NCBI GenBank assembly: GCA_016748015.1
Contig: JAAOMT010000494.1
Location: 141,435-205,434, forward strand
DNA from: Geosiphon pyriformis uo1
Lineage: Eukaryota > Fungi > Glomeromycota
Length of the DNA: 64,000 nucleotides
Direction: 5' to 3'
The position numbers and the translations under genes are program-made. Every line of letters begins with the position of its first letter. Positions within the stretch are counted from its first letter, which is position 1. The notes under the pieces were generated by a model. The model was not told where the DNA came from, ran no database searches, and was given only the letters and a program-made list of their open reading frames with translations. Below, piece after piece: positions 12,953 through 25,049 of the stretch.

Positions 12953-15094
12953 ATGAATAATGTTCTTATTCAGCACTATTTTACAGAACCTATAGAGGTT
13001 TTTATACGATACATCTTGTTACCGGTTACTCTTCAACATGAAAGAATATTTCATCACCATGTTTCTGTCTGGGAATCACTTTGCAAAACCGAAGTATTCT
13101 TCTTGATATTATCTTTAACTTGTTGGATCACAATGATGGGTTTCGGTGTACTAGGACTTGTCGTAGCGTAAATATCTACATTATATCCCCTACTTGTTCA
13201 TGAATATATTCAATAAATCAAAACTTCTAAATCTCTTATCTTTTACTTAATAGTCGATCACGATACAGTTCTCGGCAATTTGTCTCTTCAAAATATACTA
13301 CAGCAAACGCATCCGGTGTATCTATTATAAGGCCCTTAAAAGGTGTCGATTGTAACTTATACGAGAACTTGGCTTCCTCTTTTCGACAGGATTATCCCGT
13401 GTTTGAAATCATATTTTCCGTGGCAAAAGAAAATGATCCCGCGGTAAAGGTTGCCAGAGAACTAATGAAGCGATACCCTAAAGTAGATAGTCGATTAATT
13501 ATTGGTATGTCAAGTTTATCATCTTATCTTTCAAAACATATTTTCCCTGATAATTGAATAAGTCTTGCTTATCAAACCTGTTTGCTGACCATTTACCTCT
13601 CAGCTGAACGTGACGTGGGTGTAAATCCAAAGATTAACAATATGATTTCCTCCTATGAGCAAACTAAATACGACATGATTTGGATTTTGGACTCAAATAT
13701 ATATACTGATCCCGGGTGTCTTGGAAGATCTGTCGAACAATTGACACTTCCTGGTGTTGGACTTGTTCATCATTTACCATTTGCCGTTCGTCCAGATACT
13801 TTTGGTTCAGAATTGGAAATGATGTTTTTGAATACAGTTCATGCCAAGATGTATCTTGCTATCAATGCTATCGGACCTGACAGTTGTGTAGTTGGTAAAT
13901 CTAACCTTTACCGAAAAAGCGATATTGAATCTGTTGGGGGACTCGCGCAATTTGGCCAATTTATGGCCGAGGACAATCTAATTGCACGTGCTCTCTGGAA
14001 TAAAGGTTACAAACATAAAATGACTCATGATCTCGCCTATCAACCACTTGGATCAATGGCAACTGCTGATTATTTTTTGCGTCGCTCAAGATGGACTCGA
14101 ATTAGAAAGTATACGGTTGTTGTTGCCACGGTCATTGAGCCTTTTACTGAATCAATATTGTGCGGGTTGGTGGCATCCTATGGTTTCAATAAACTTTGGG
14201 AAATCCATCCTCTTAACTTTTTGGCCTTTCATATCATAGCCTGGTTTATGTTGGATCTATCCTTATTCCAAGCTATCAGCGGAAAAAAGATTGAAATAGA
14301 TAATTTGAGAGGATTCATTATGGCTTGGGCTTTGCGCGAGATTACTGCACTTCCTCTTTACATATATTCTATTATTGGTAATACTGTCGATTGGAGAGAT
14401 GGAACATACAGATTAATGAAGAATTCAACTGTCATCAAAATCCCCTTCGAATTACCAAAACCTCGAGGTCATTCTCACAAGAGAAGCCTATCTTTTTCAT
14501 CTCTCAGAATCTCAACACGGGGAGTTGTTAACTCGCGAAATATTTCCCTTAACTCATGGGTGGTTTCTGCCATTACTTCAGTAATTCTTGTGATCGATAT
14601 TATCACCGATGTTCTATTTAAAAGTGTTCGAAATGGAAAACCGGCAGAACAAGAGGCTGATACAACTTTGTTATTGAAAGAGGCTCATAGAGAATGTCAA
14701 AAAAAGCGTATGAACCAAAGGCGACGAAGAAGGATAATGAGAGATACACTTCAAGGAAGCGATTTAAACGACAAGTTTGATAGTGAAATTAGTGGTGATA
14801 GCAGTGAGGATGAAAGGGATATGACAAACCTTGGTGATCCTGTTATTCGTGCCGCTGGCCGATATTTGCAAAGTTCGCTCAGCAAATCGAGTAGTCAGAA
14901 TTTTGGTGTGCCTTATCATAATTCTGATGAATCAGAAGATGATTATATAAACATTTCAGGACCTGAGACTTCTTTGAGTCCTTTAGAAGCATCGCCGCTG
15001 AACCGTCGTGGTTCCTCCTCCTCTGCTTCTTCCTCTACATCTACTACATATACATCCACATCCACATCCACATCCACATCTTCATCTTCATCCA

Positions 15095-15125
<31 letters not shown>

Positions 15126-15426
15126 TACACCTTTTTCATCATCATCTTCTCACTGTTCATCATCAAATTCATCCGGCTCATTGAACAATTCTAAATCAGA
15201 TACAATGCATACAAGGCGTCCTTCGACCCTTATAAATGAGATATTATGGGGTGTTACCATTGGCCTTTCAATGCATCTTCAAAACGAAAAAAACGCTATT
15301 CTTGAAGGACGACGTAGAAAAGGGCGGAGCAACTCTATTTGTGGAAGTCGTTTTTCAAACACCTCAAATACCAATAACAATGAAGAGCTGCAGCGCGTTA
15401 GAAGCATATCATTAGACGTTTATTAG
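12953..15426 (+). CDS. GCS1: Ceramide glucosyltransferase (glucosylceramide synthase, GT21), 762 aa; exons 12953-13167, 13254-13504, 13604-15426
   Basis: Spliced frame of 2289 nt: N-terminal TM, GVSIIRPLKGVD, QDYP, GVNPKINN, WILDSN, VVGKSNLYRK, AEDNL, RRSRWTRIRK (RxxRW), EPFTES and REITALP, all hallmark fungal GCS/Hsx11 motifs. Branch site GCTGAC at 13584. Confidence 0.95.
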
Positions 15427-16712
15427 AAAAGGTTTTGGCGCAAAGAATTATTGGTTGGTTCGTGCAACATCTCTTGATTCTTTAAAAAAAATTAATACTA
15501 CCATCCCATTTTAATAATACATTCTCTTCCTTATTCTTTTGAATCATGTAAATAAAAATGTTTATATTTATCTTAACAAAAATTTGAACGTTGGGAAATC
15601 AGTTATGTTCTATTTTAGCATCGTGAAATGATGAAATAAATCATAAATGTAATTTGCTAAAATTTAATTTCAAAAATTTTATTATTTTAATTGATCAATT
15701 TCAATTCTTAATTTTCAACGTCTTTTTTTTCACCACAAATTTTAATATAAAAATTTAATGATTAAAATAATGATTTAATTTGTGCGATGACATTTTACAG
15801 TTTTGCTTCTTTTTTTGACAAGACCCATTATTTGTGACGAATTGAAAAAATATAATGTTTTTCAATTATACAAATTTTAAAAACATAACGCGTTAAATTT
15901 AAAATTCCAATACTTTAATTTTTTTTTAATTTTCACTATTCATTCAATTTTTATTGAACAAAAAGAGAAAATATTTTAAACAATAATGTTCTTCTTTGAT
16001 ATAATTATAATTTGGCTAAAAACAAAATTTTCAAAATATTAATTCAAATTAAAAGTCTTAACAATTTAAAGTTGACCTTTCTTATAAGTTTGATTTCAAT
16101 TTGGCCAGGGCAAGTAAAATGATTTTGATTGGTTGGATGTTAATTCATAATTAATTATGTATATAATAAAATCAAAAACGCGTCTCTTTTTTAATTTTTT
16201 TTTAATAAAAAATGCCATGAAAAAACAAATACGTACTTTTAGCTATAAAAAAAAATGCTTTTTTGAATGCTTAGCAATTCTTATGAATGAACTTACCTAG
16301 CACAATTTATAATTGAGCTGAATAGTACAGAAGACAATGAAAAAATACTAGAAATTATAGTAATATTAGTATTTAATAAATTTTTAAAAGGAAAAAGTAT
16401 TAATGGATAAACTATATGTAGAAACTGTTAATAATAAATTTAAACAAATAATGAGTCAAAAATGTTCATTTTGTTATATGGACAATTTTCAAAGAACAAA
16501 AATTATCTGTTATTAAAACAATTTTTATTACCAACTTTTTTTAAAAGATCATGTTATTAATTCTTTTATTTATGATATTTTCTGTAAAAATTTTGTTGAT
16601 TAAATAGATCCCAATATATTGTTTTAAAGTTCTTTATTTTTGAAATTTTTAATTATAAGCAATTTTTTTTGGAAAGTTTTTAAACTGGTCAAAATACTTA
16701 TTTGTTTAAAGT

Positions 16713-16766
<54 letters not shown>

Positions 16767-17956
16767 GTAGTTCATTTTTCAGACTATTACCAAGATTATT
16801 CAATATTAGTATTTAATTTTTTGAAAGAAATAAGTTTTCTTTTTATATAAAATTATATTATAAGAAATAATCTTTTAACATTTCTAATTTGCTTTAAATC
16901 TATGAATTTTACAAAACTTTTGTGTAGATTACTATTAATTTTAATTAACTAATAGGAATAATTAATTTAAAAATAAATAAATAAATAAATAAAATAATTA
17001 GATGTTTGAATAATAAATAAATTAGTTTAATTATAAGAAATAAATTAGTTTAATTTATGTATAAGCAATATCGAAAAAAATTATGTTAATGATTCTAAGT
17101 ATTTTTGACATAATAACATATAAAAATAAAACTTTGAGACAAATTATTAAGTTAAAATTATTGATATCGAAATAATTTAATAAAAAAATATAATCTAAAA
17201 AACACTGTTTAATTTTTATTCAAGTCAAAAAATCACATATTTTTTTTGGTAACACATAATAAAATATACACTTTTTGAAAATTTTGAAAGTGAAGGGGGT
17301 TAACCACAAAGTTTAAATATATTTTAAACCTTTAACGTGACATCATTTTTAATTTTTTTTTACCCGTTTAATGTAAACCTCATCAAGTACTTCCAAATGG
17401 GGGCGAAACTATATCAATTTTTTGTCAGCAATGTTAGGTCGTCACAAATGTGTAAATTGCTCATAAAAAATTAGTATGACAAAGCTGGTGAATTACTTAA
17501 ACGTCATTAGTTTTCAATTTGAAATTACTCATCATGCCTATTGTGAATACATGTACAAAGCTAGCCTAATCATAATTAAATTCGAGCTTTGAAAAATATT
17601 CATTAAATCTTTTTTGGCTAGATTTAGAAACAGAATTATTGCATCATATCCAAATCCAAATTAAGATTCAACATTTATACAAAATGATGAATTCAAAGAG
17701 TCCTCAAATTAAAACATAAATTTTCTAAATTAATTTCCATGGATTTATTCTTTAATAATTCCAAATAATCTTTTTTATCATAACTTTCGGTCGTGCTACG
17801 AATTTCTTCTATTCACTATATAAAAAATTGGCTAGGTTTTTACCAAAGAAATTAAGTTCAGGGTCGGAATGTCGGTATTATCAGAGTTCTATACAACTGA
17901 TTCACTTCTTTAGATTTCAAACACTAGTCTGTGTCAATAATGAACATTTTATTACA

Positions 17957-19350
17957 TCAATTCTCTTCATGATATTGTGGAGCTCTTAAACAATCACCCA
18001 TTCTTTGATTAAAATATGGACCCCAATGAGATGTGATCCCCGGTATAATTATTTCATGTTTGACACCGACATTGCAATTCTTTAGATGTGAGAATTAAAA
18101 TTGGGAATTATTCAAGAAAATATAAAAACCCAACAAAAAGATTCAAAAATTTTACCTGATTTTCAATAAAATCATAAGAGCCTTCAGGGTCAACAACTTG
18201 AGTTGAAGCACATCTATACACATCAAGCTCAACAGTACGATACGGATCCACACAACCACAATCTTCGGCATAATTAATCCAGTATTCGGTATCGAAATGC
18301 CGAAATGCCCCTCTCGTTTCACTCATTGGAAATTGAGATACTCGATCATCTGTATGGGTTATGCGAAATAATTTTCGTGAAAACATTTTGTTCACATAGC
18401 GAGCGAAAATGGCGTTGCCCATTCGTGGTTGACCATAGGTATATATTTCTATGTATATGTGAAAATGCACTTTTTTCAGATCCAGGGCCAAAAATATTGC
18501 GTACACTTGCAAGGAGAAAGGCGTTAATTAATAGGTATAAAAATACAAGAAAAGACTCAAAATAAATAAATTAAAACCTTACCACCGCCAAGCCCATGAC
18601 CTACTAATCTTAATTTAATCCTTTTCTTTTCCACTATTAGAACTTCAATTTCTTTAAATATTTGTAATTTTGCTTCTTCATAATCTGTCAGAAAAGAGGA
18701 AACCACCATTGCTCCAGTTCCTGCATTCGGATATTCTGTTACTTCCAAATTAATTTCAACTTTTTGACCATGATTGTATTCATCTCCTCTCATGTATACA
18801 ATAATTTCATTTTCAAGCAGCTCAACATGACCTGGAAATTTATAATTTGATTAGCTAATTTCAAAAGCTACGATTTTTTGAAAAGTCGTCTAAGTAGCAA
18901 AGAAATACCGAAAAGCCCATTAAAAATTCTGGCATTTCCACTGGTGGCACAATAAGCTTTATTTGCATAAAATGCGTAATGGTAAAACTTATCCAACAAT
19001 TTTGTATCTACAACCAATATTTTTGGAACACTTAAAGTTTTATTTGACTCATCTCGTCTTTCAGTTTTGGCTATGCTTCTAGCAAATTGCAAATTCCTGT
19101 TTGAACCGTTCTTGTATGTATCATTATCTTTAGAAGCGATTTTTTTTTGCGCCAAATATGTGTCATAGGCGTTCCTTAAGCCAGATAAATTTTTTGATCC
19201 ATTAGATTTTTGATCTCTTGAAATTTCGAAATTGGTATGAAAACTTTTGTTATCAAACTCGACGAAAGAAAATAAGATCACTGTAAAACAAATAGTGATT
19301 GTAACAAAGAGTGTTTTTGAATTTGATGATACATATTTCTTTGTCGCCAT
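17957..19350 (-). CDS. Class 3 lipase (alpha/beta-hydrolase) homologue with N-terminal membrane anchor, 387 aa, nucleophile Ser replaced by Gly; exons 19350-18909, 18831-18583, 18505-18156, 18079-17957
   Basis: Open spliced frame of 1164 nt with YANKAYC, IIVYMRG, LVGHGLGGVYA, IYTYGQPRMGNAIFARYV, RITHTDDRVSQFP, FRHFDTEYWI and SHWGPYF, the fungal Lipase_3 motif series. Confidence 0.9.
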
Positions 19351-19929
19351 GAATTTAGATAACCAACCAGATTGATTCCTCACTGACTGTTAAATTTCTT
19401 CGCATGGTAGTATATCTATATTATCGCTAGCTCCCATTTAATTCTGTAATCATTTTGTTTGTGATTTTCTTATCGATTTCTATTTTTCTCGGAGATCAAA
19501 AAAGTTACTAATCAATTGAAGCATCATACGCAGATCAATTGACCATTTAACAAGTTCCTCGGCCAACAGAACATGAAAGTAGAGATGTGATAGATTGAAA
19601 CATCAAATTCCGGCCTTTGATAATTGAGAATTTGATGATTTGATTTGATTGATTGTGTAAGTCAAAGATTGAAATATTTCGTTAATTTTAAAATACTTTT
19701 AATCATCATAAAAAGGGTTTAAATTAGCTTTCTCAAAGTCTTTATTTTTCGGAAATGAATTAATAAGTGAATATTTTAAGTAGCGTACAGTTTATAATGT
19801 ACATGTATTTACATGTAAATGTAAATAAACAAAATTCGTTGCCGTGGTAGCAAAGATTATTTGTGCTGATCAACTGATTAAAACAAATTTAATTGCATTA
19901 CACGAGAAAATGCTGTTGATGATTGAGAA

Positions 19930-20460
19930 AATTCTTTCTGAAAAAAAAAAGCAAAATAAATCCAAAAGTTTTACCTATCAAGTAGATTTTGCTAACATCT
20001 TATTTGATTAGAATATTCATGTTGAGAAACAGCAAGTTTGATTGGAATACGATACGAGAACAGGATTTAAAAATGTCTAACAATTTTTCAAATTTCTATC
20101 GTGAACTCATCATTTCCTGCGAGATTTTTTTACAGGCTCAGAAACTTGTTGAAAATTTTTTTTCATACTAGGTAATGGAAAGTGGCAAAACATCCAAGAA
20201 ATTGAAAACCTTTGATAAAGTGAGCTTTTCCTCTTTGAAGCTGGAAACATTCAAATTTGAATTATTTAGATTGAACCACTTTAATTCTCAAGATATGGAC
20301 ATATGAAATTAAGGCAATTAAATTTTAATTTTTTATTGGGTGTTAGCCCAAGAACCTCATATAACGCTATTTTATGTTTGTTAAGAACCCAAATCTTTCT
20401 CCTTCCTGTGTCTTCTTTGAAGATAGGTACGATATCATTATCGAATGATACCCAATAGAT
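19930..20460 (+). pseudogene. Possible decayed F-box/LRR paralogue fragment
   Basis: Broken frames give LFD* (cf. the LFDY/YLGYP motif) and FSRYGHMKLRQLNFNF (cf. LFKQHDVKLRKLRVNF in the neighbouring intact gene). Weak similarity. Confidence 0.25.
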
Positions 20461-21006
20461 TGAATTCTCCAATAAAATGGTACTGATTTTGGAAAACATG
20501 ATTAATAATTCAACTTATATGAGAATGAGAAAGTTATTTATTATACCAAAAAATATTTTATTGGATTCAAACCCGTTATTTTGTTTTTATTTTTAAAAAA
20601 AATAAAATTTCAAAATTTAAATGAATAATCTCAGAAAACAAAACATTCCCCTTTTTATCAAATCATTTGGATCCTCAGTCTAAATTTACAAGAAACAAAA
20701 TTTTCCTTTTTTAATCTGGTATTATGTTGCATTACCAACGCAAATTACAAGCAGCCTTTCATTCATATTATTTTGGTGGAACCTAAAAAGGTTAGTACAA
20801 GGGGGTATCTTTTTCTTTTTCAAAAAACTTGGAATATACTCTAAGCCGAAAATTTTGATGACCAATGCAAACAATTAAATTTGTGTGTAGTATACAATCA
20901 CAGATTGGTAAAAAGTGTTTTATATGCATTCCCGAAAATCAAAAATAATTCAAAAATAACCTCTCCCTTGGTCTTATTATGAATAGTTGGAAAGAGCAAA
21001 TGCAAA

Positions 21007-22297
21007 ATGCCTGAACTTATTCAAGATATTCTGATTCAAATATTTGAAAATTTAATAGGCAATTATTCTTTCACATTTGGTCGTCCGCGATTTCGGGTAT
21101 TGTATCCGTGTCTTTTGGTGAATCGTTTATGGTTTCACACGACAATCATAATCCTTTATAGGGAGCCATTCATAAGAAGAAATACAATTGGATACAAACT
21201 TGTTGGAACTTTCATTTCTTGCCTAGATCAAAAGACAAAAAAATCTTTGTCACAAAATGGGGTAACACTACCAAATTTTGAAGGCTGCTCCTACTTGGGA
21301 TATCCTTCATTTTTAACCAATCTGCATTTTGATGCAATGTTAAAGAACATTGGCGAATGGTGTAATATTTATTGTTCTGCATCACTACCACCACCACCAC
21401 CACTACCATTGGAGCAAGCTCCCTTTACCATGTTTTCAAGGTTTTTTCAAAAGTCACAAAAGCCTTCAACCGCAATTTCTGAAGTGGTGCTAAAGCCAGA
21501 GATGAACGAAGAGCAAATGATTCTCGTTGATGCTTTGCTCACTTTGTTCAAACAACACGATGTAAAACTACGCAAACTTCGTGTTAATTTTTGCCAATAT
21601 CAGCCTGTGAATTTTCGAAATAATATGACATTGGTTGAAAGTTCACAGTTTCATTCTTTAATCTCGAATCTTCACGAAATTTATTTGACTGTAGAAATTT
21701 CGGCCAATGATTGTTTTTTTGTAAAATTGAAAGAATTTTGTCAAAATTTGGTAGGTCATTCAATCCTTTCGCTTTTTCTTTTTGATTCTCCTTAATGAAT
21801 ATAGCAAACCTTGATTTAAATAAATGCGTTTTCTTTCCTCACAGGAACTTATATTGATTGAATTTGTGACTGAATCATATCATTTCTCAACAGTTACTAT
21901 TGATGGTGAAGGTCAAACTGACTCTCGCGAAACAAGCATAGCTAATCTTATTAGAGCACAAAAAAATTTAAGATGCCTAATAACAATTGGAATGTCAAAC
22001 CCATGTTGTAACAATATCATAGAGGCTCTTTCTTCTCAGGCAAATTCACTCTCACGAATTGAATTCTTGTGCACAAATTTCAAGAACTCGTTGCCGTGGA
22101 ATGGCTTGGCTTTGTGCAAACAATTATCTTCAATTACACTGGGACATTGTCAAAATTTTGATGATTCGATGGCTGAGCCGTTATTCCAAACCGAATTCGA
22201 TAAATTGGAGAAAATCTTAATTGGCACCCCTAATAATTGCCCACGGTTGAATGAATGGGGTACAAAACAACTTCAACGAAAGGCATCTTTTCTATAG
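21007..22297 (+). CDS. F-box / RNI-like LRR protein, 398 aa; exons 21007-21750, 21845-22297
   Basis: N-terminal F-box (MPELIQDILIQIFENL...LYPCLLVNRLW...ILYREPF), YLGYPSFL, C-terminal LRR-like units (QKNLRCL, ANSLSRIEF, CKQLSSITLGHC); phase-0 intron TTG|GTAGGT...ACAG. Confidence 0.85.
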
Positions 22298-23053
22298 TAA
22301 AACCGAGTTTAAGGACTCAATTATCTAAATTTCTAGAGAGTATTACAAATATATTCTCACAAACAGTTCACCTTTTTTGAGGTTAAAAATTCTAGTATCG
22401 AAAAAATAAATGATCAAGCTCAACATCGACTTCTTAAAATATTTAAAGCTTTATTCATTAGCGCCAAGATCTGATAAGAAATAACGTCTTTTCACTGTCA
22501 CAATTAGCATTTCAATTTTGAGTATCCTTTGAGTCTAAATTTACACAAGAAAACCACCTCTACTACATGTATTAGATTTTTGTAAAAATTCCCAGTCCCC
22601 TCCCATGTTTATTCTCATTTCATCAGTGAGAAAATCATGTAACATATTCAGCAAGCCACAGACCAGCCAATAAATTATCAAGTTCTAAAATGGTATATTG
22701 TGGGAATTCTAGTTTATTTATTCATCTATTTTTGTATTTTATTAATTAATTTATGGATAAATTTAAATTTTGGCTTTAATAACAGGTAAGTAAATATTTC
22801 AAAAAATTCACTTGTAAGAAAGTACACATTATATTGTGAGAGCTTTTATTATGTGAAGAATAAAAACTCAAGAAACTTTGAACCAATTTCAAAATAATGT
22901 TTTTATGGTATTTTCACTCTCTTCGAGGTCTAAATGAAATTCGGGATTTTGAAATATGACATGATAAATTTGTGATTTGTAAATTGAATATCATACTGTG
23001 CAGTGAACCTTAATTAAGAAAATAAGGATAAAGACAATTATGGTTTCACTTTA

Positions 23054-23088
<35 letters not shown>
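23054..23088 (+). repeat. (GAT)n microsatellite upstream of the BTB gene
   Basis: Direct tandem run; another (GAT)n lies at ~7632-7662. Confidence 0.9.
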
Positions 23089-23183
23089 ACAATGCTTTTA
23101 GAGAACACAACATTAACTAAATAAAACCCGACATCATAATAAGCCGATTAGACCATCCAGCTTTAACACCAATCCTCTCAAGA

Positions 23184-24758
23184 ATGGAAAATCATTATCG
23201 TTGTTTGAATGGTCTATCAACAGATTTCTCAAAACTTTTAGAAAATGCTGATGATTATAATGTCATCATCACGGTTGGCGATATACAACAACGTGATAAT
23301 TTCAAATTTGCACCGAAACAATTTCAAGCTCATTCAGTAATATTACGAGCGAGATGCTTATATTTTCAAGCTGCTTTATCAAATCATTGGGCGAAAAAGG
23401 AGATGGAAAATTTTATCTTAACAATGCCAAATACCTCGCCGGATGTTTTCGAATTGATTCTAAAGTAGATTCTCTCATCAACTCTCCCTAGAAATAGTTG
23501 AATCTAAATTTGGGTACTTCAACAACAGCTTAATTATAAATTTTGTATTTACAGATATGTTTATGGCGGCGAAGTAAGAATTTCCCAAGAAACAGATATC
23601 GTGGGTCTTTTAGAAACAGCTGATGAACTAGGACTCGAAGAGCTTTTTTCACATGCCGAGGACCACTTAATTCGATACGAAGCAGAATGGATATATGAAC
23701 ATTTGTTCAAAGTAAGTGAAGTGGCATTCAAATTACCGACGGCCGAAAAATTGCGGGTTTTCTGCCTCGATATGATTACTTGTTCCTCTGAAAACTTCTT
23801 TAAGAAAGAAGAATTTCTTTCAACAAATCAGGCAGTTCTGATTGCAATTCTTCAACAAGAAGAAATCAAAATAGACGAAGAACAAATGTGGCAGCATGTA
23901 TTGGCATGGGGCATTGCAAATACTTCTTCAATTGAACATCAAAATATAAGAGATTTAAATAATGAAAGTTTATTAGAATTAAGAGAGACAGTACAGCCAC
24001 TCTTACGGTATATCAGATTCATTGATATTCCAAGCTCTCATGTCATTAATAATCAGTCGATTTTCGAGAAGCTCCTCCCATCAGAATTGTGGCTAGAATT
24101 AAAAGAGTATTATTCCACAAATATTTTAAAATTTACACCAACTCTTTTGCCTCCTCGCTCTCGACTATCCTCTCAGATAATCCGAAAATATCACAGTGAT
24201 TTGATCGCTAACTGGATTGAGGGGCCTGACTATACAGAAACTGGCAATATAGGAAGCCCATATATATTCAGATTGATATTTCGTGCAAGTCTTGAAGATT
24301 TCTCATTGAAAAATCTTCAAAAAGAATATTTAAACGTACCCATAATCATTGTAGCAAAAGTTGCCGGTACCGAAGAAATTATTGGAGGATACACACCGAC
24401 CCTGACGAGTGATCGAAAGAACAAATTTATAACCACAAGAGATTCATTTATTTTCTCGTTTGCTTCCGAAAACAATAGATTGGATTTTAATCAGAGTTTT
24501 AGCGAAACTTTCAACGAGCCTAGACATACAAAAAATACACTTAGTAGAGTTCAGCTGGATTGTTGGGAACGAGCTGTTACTGACATTTTCTATGGGTTTT
24601 TGACGTTTGGAATGAGTGATTTGAGAATCGGAGGTATCTTAAACCCCAAAAGCGGATTTTGCCGACGAGGTATTTATGATCGGCGAATTAGGAATGTGGA
24701 TGGTGGATTTCTTATTGAAGAGTATGAACTCTTTCAAGTCATAAGGATACGAACATAA
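23184..24758 (+). CDS. BTB/POZ-BACK-TLDc domain protein, 494 aa; exons 23184-23464, 23555-24758
   Basis: BTB (DYNVIITVG, FQAHSVILRARCLYF, FELILKYVYGG across the intron), BACK (EEQMWQHVLAWG, LLRYIRF) and TLDc (FRLIFRAS, IIGGYTP, DSFIFSF, FGMSDL, IEEYELFQV). This architecture is expanded in Glomeromycota. Confidence 0.9.
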
Positions 24759-25049
24759 ATTGGACATTTTTACATATTGTGAAACCTTTTATTTTGGGAT
24801 AGGATTTAAAACATTTGTTGTTTCACTTTTTACGCAAGAAGCTTCATTGGGTTTCAATATTATCAAGAATTTTTGTTACTAATTTGCATAATTTGGATAA
24901 AATCATAGAAAAATCATTTTAATATTAGAATCATTTCTATTTCATATTACACCAAAGTATAATTCCAAATCAAACGACTTTGACAATTGATGAAATAATT
25001 TTATTGCACAAAGATATTTCTCTTTATCTCTATCTTTATTCTTCTGCAC

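Noticed and set aside
12953-19350. Lipid-metabolism gene cluster (GCS plus lipase-like gene)
   Set aside because: Only two convergent genes 2.5 kb apart, one from a multi-copy family; no shared regulatory signal seen.
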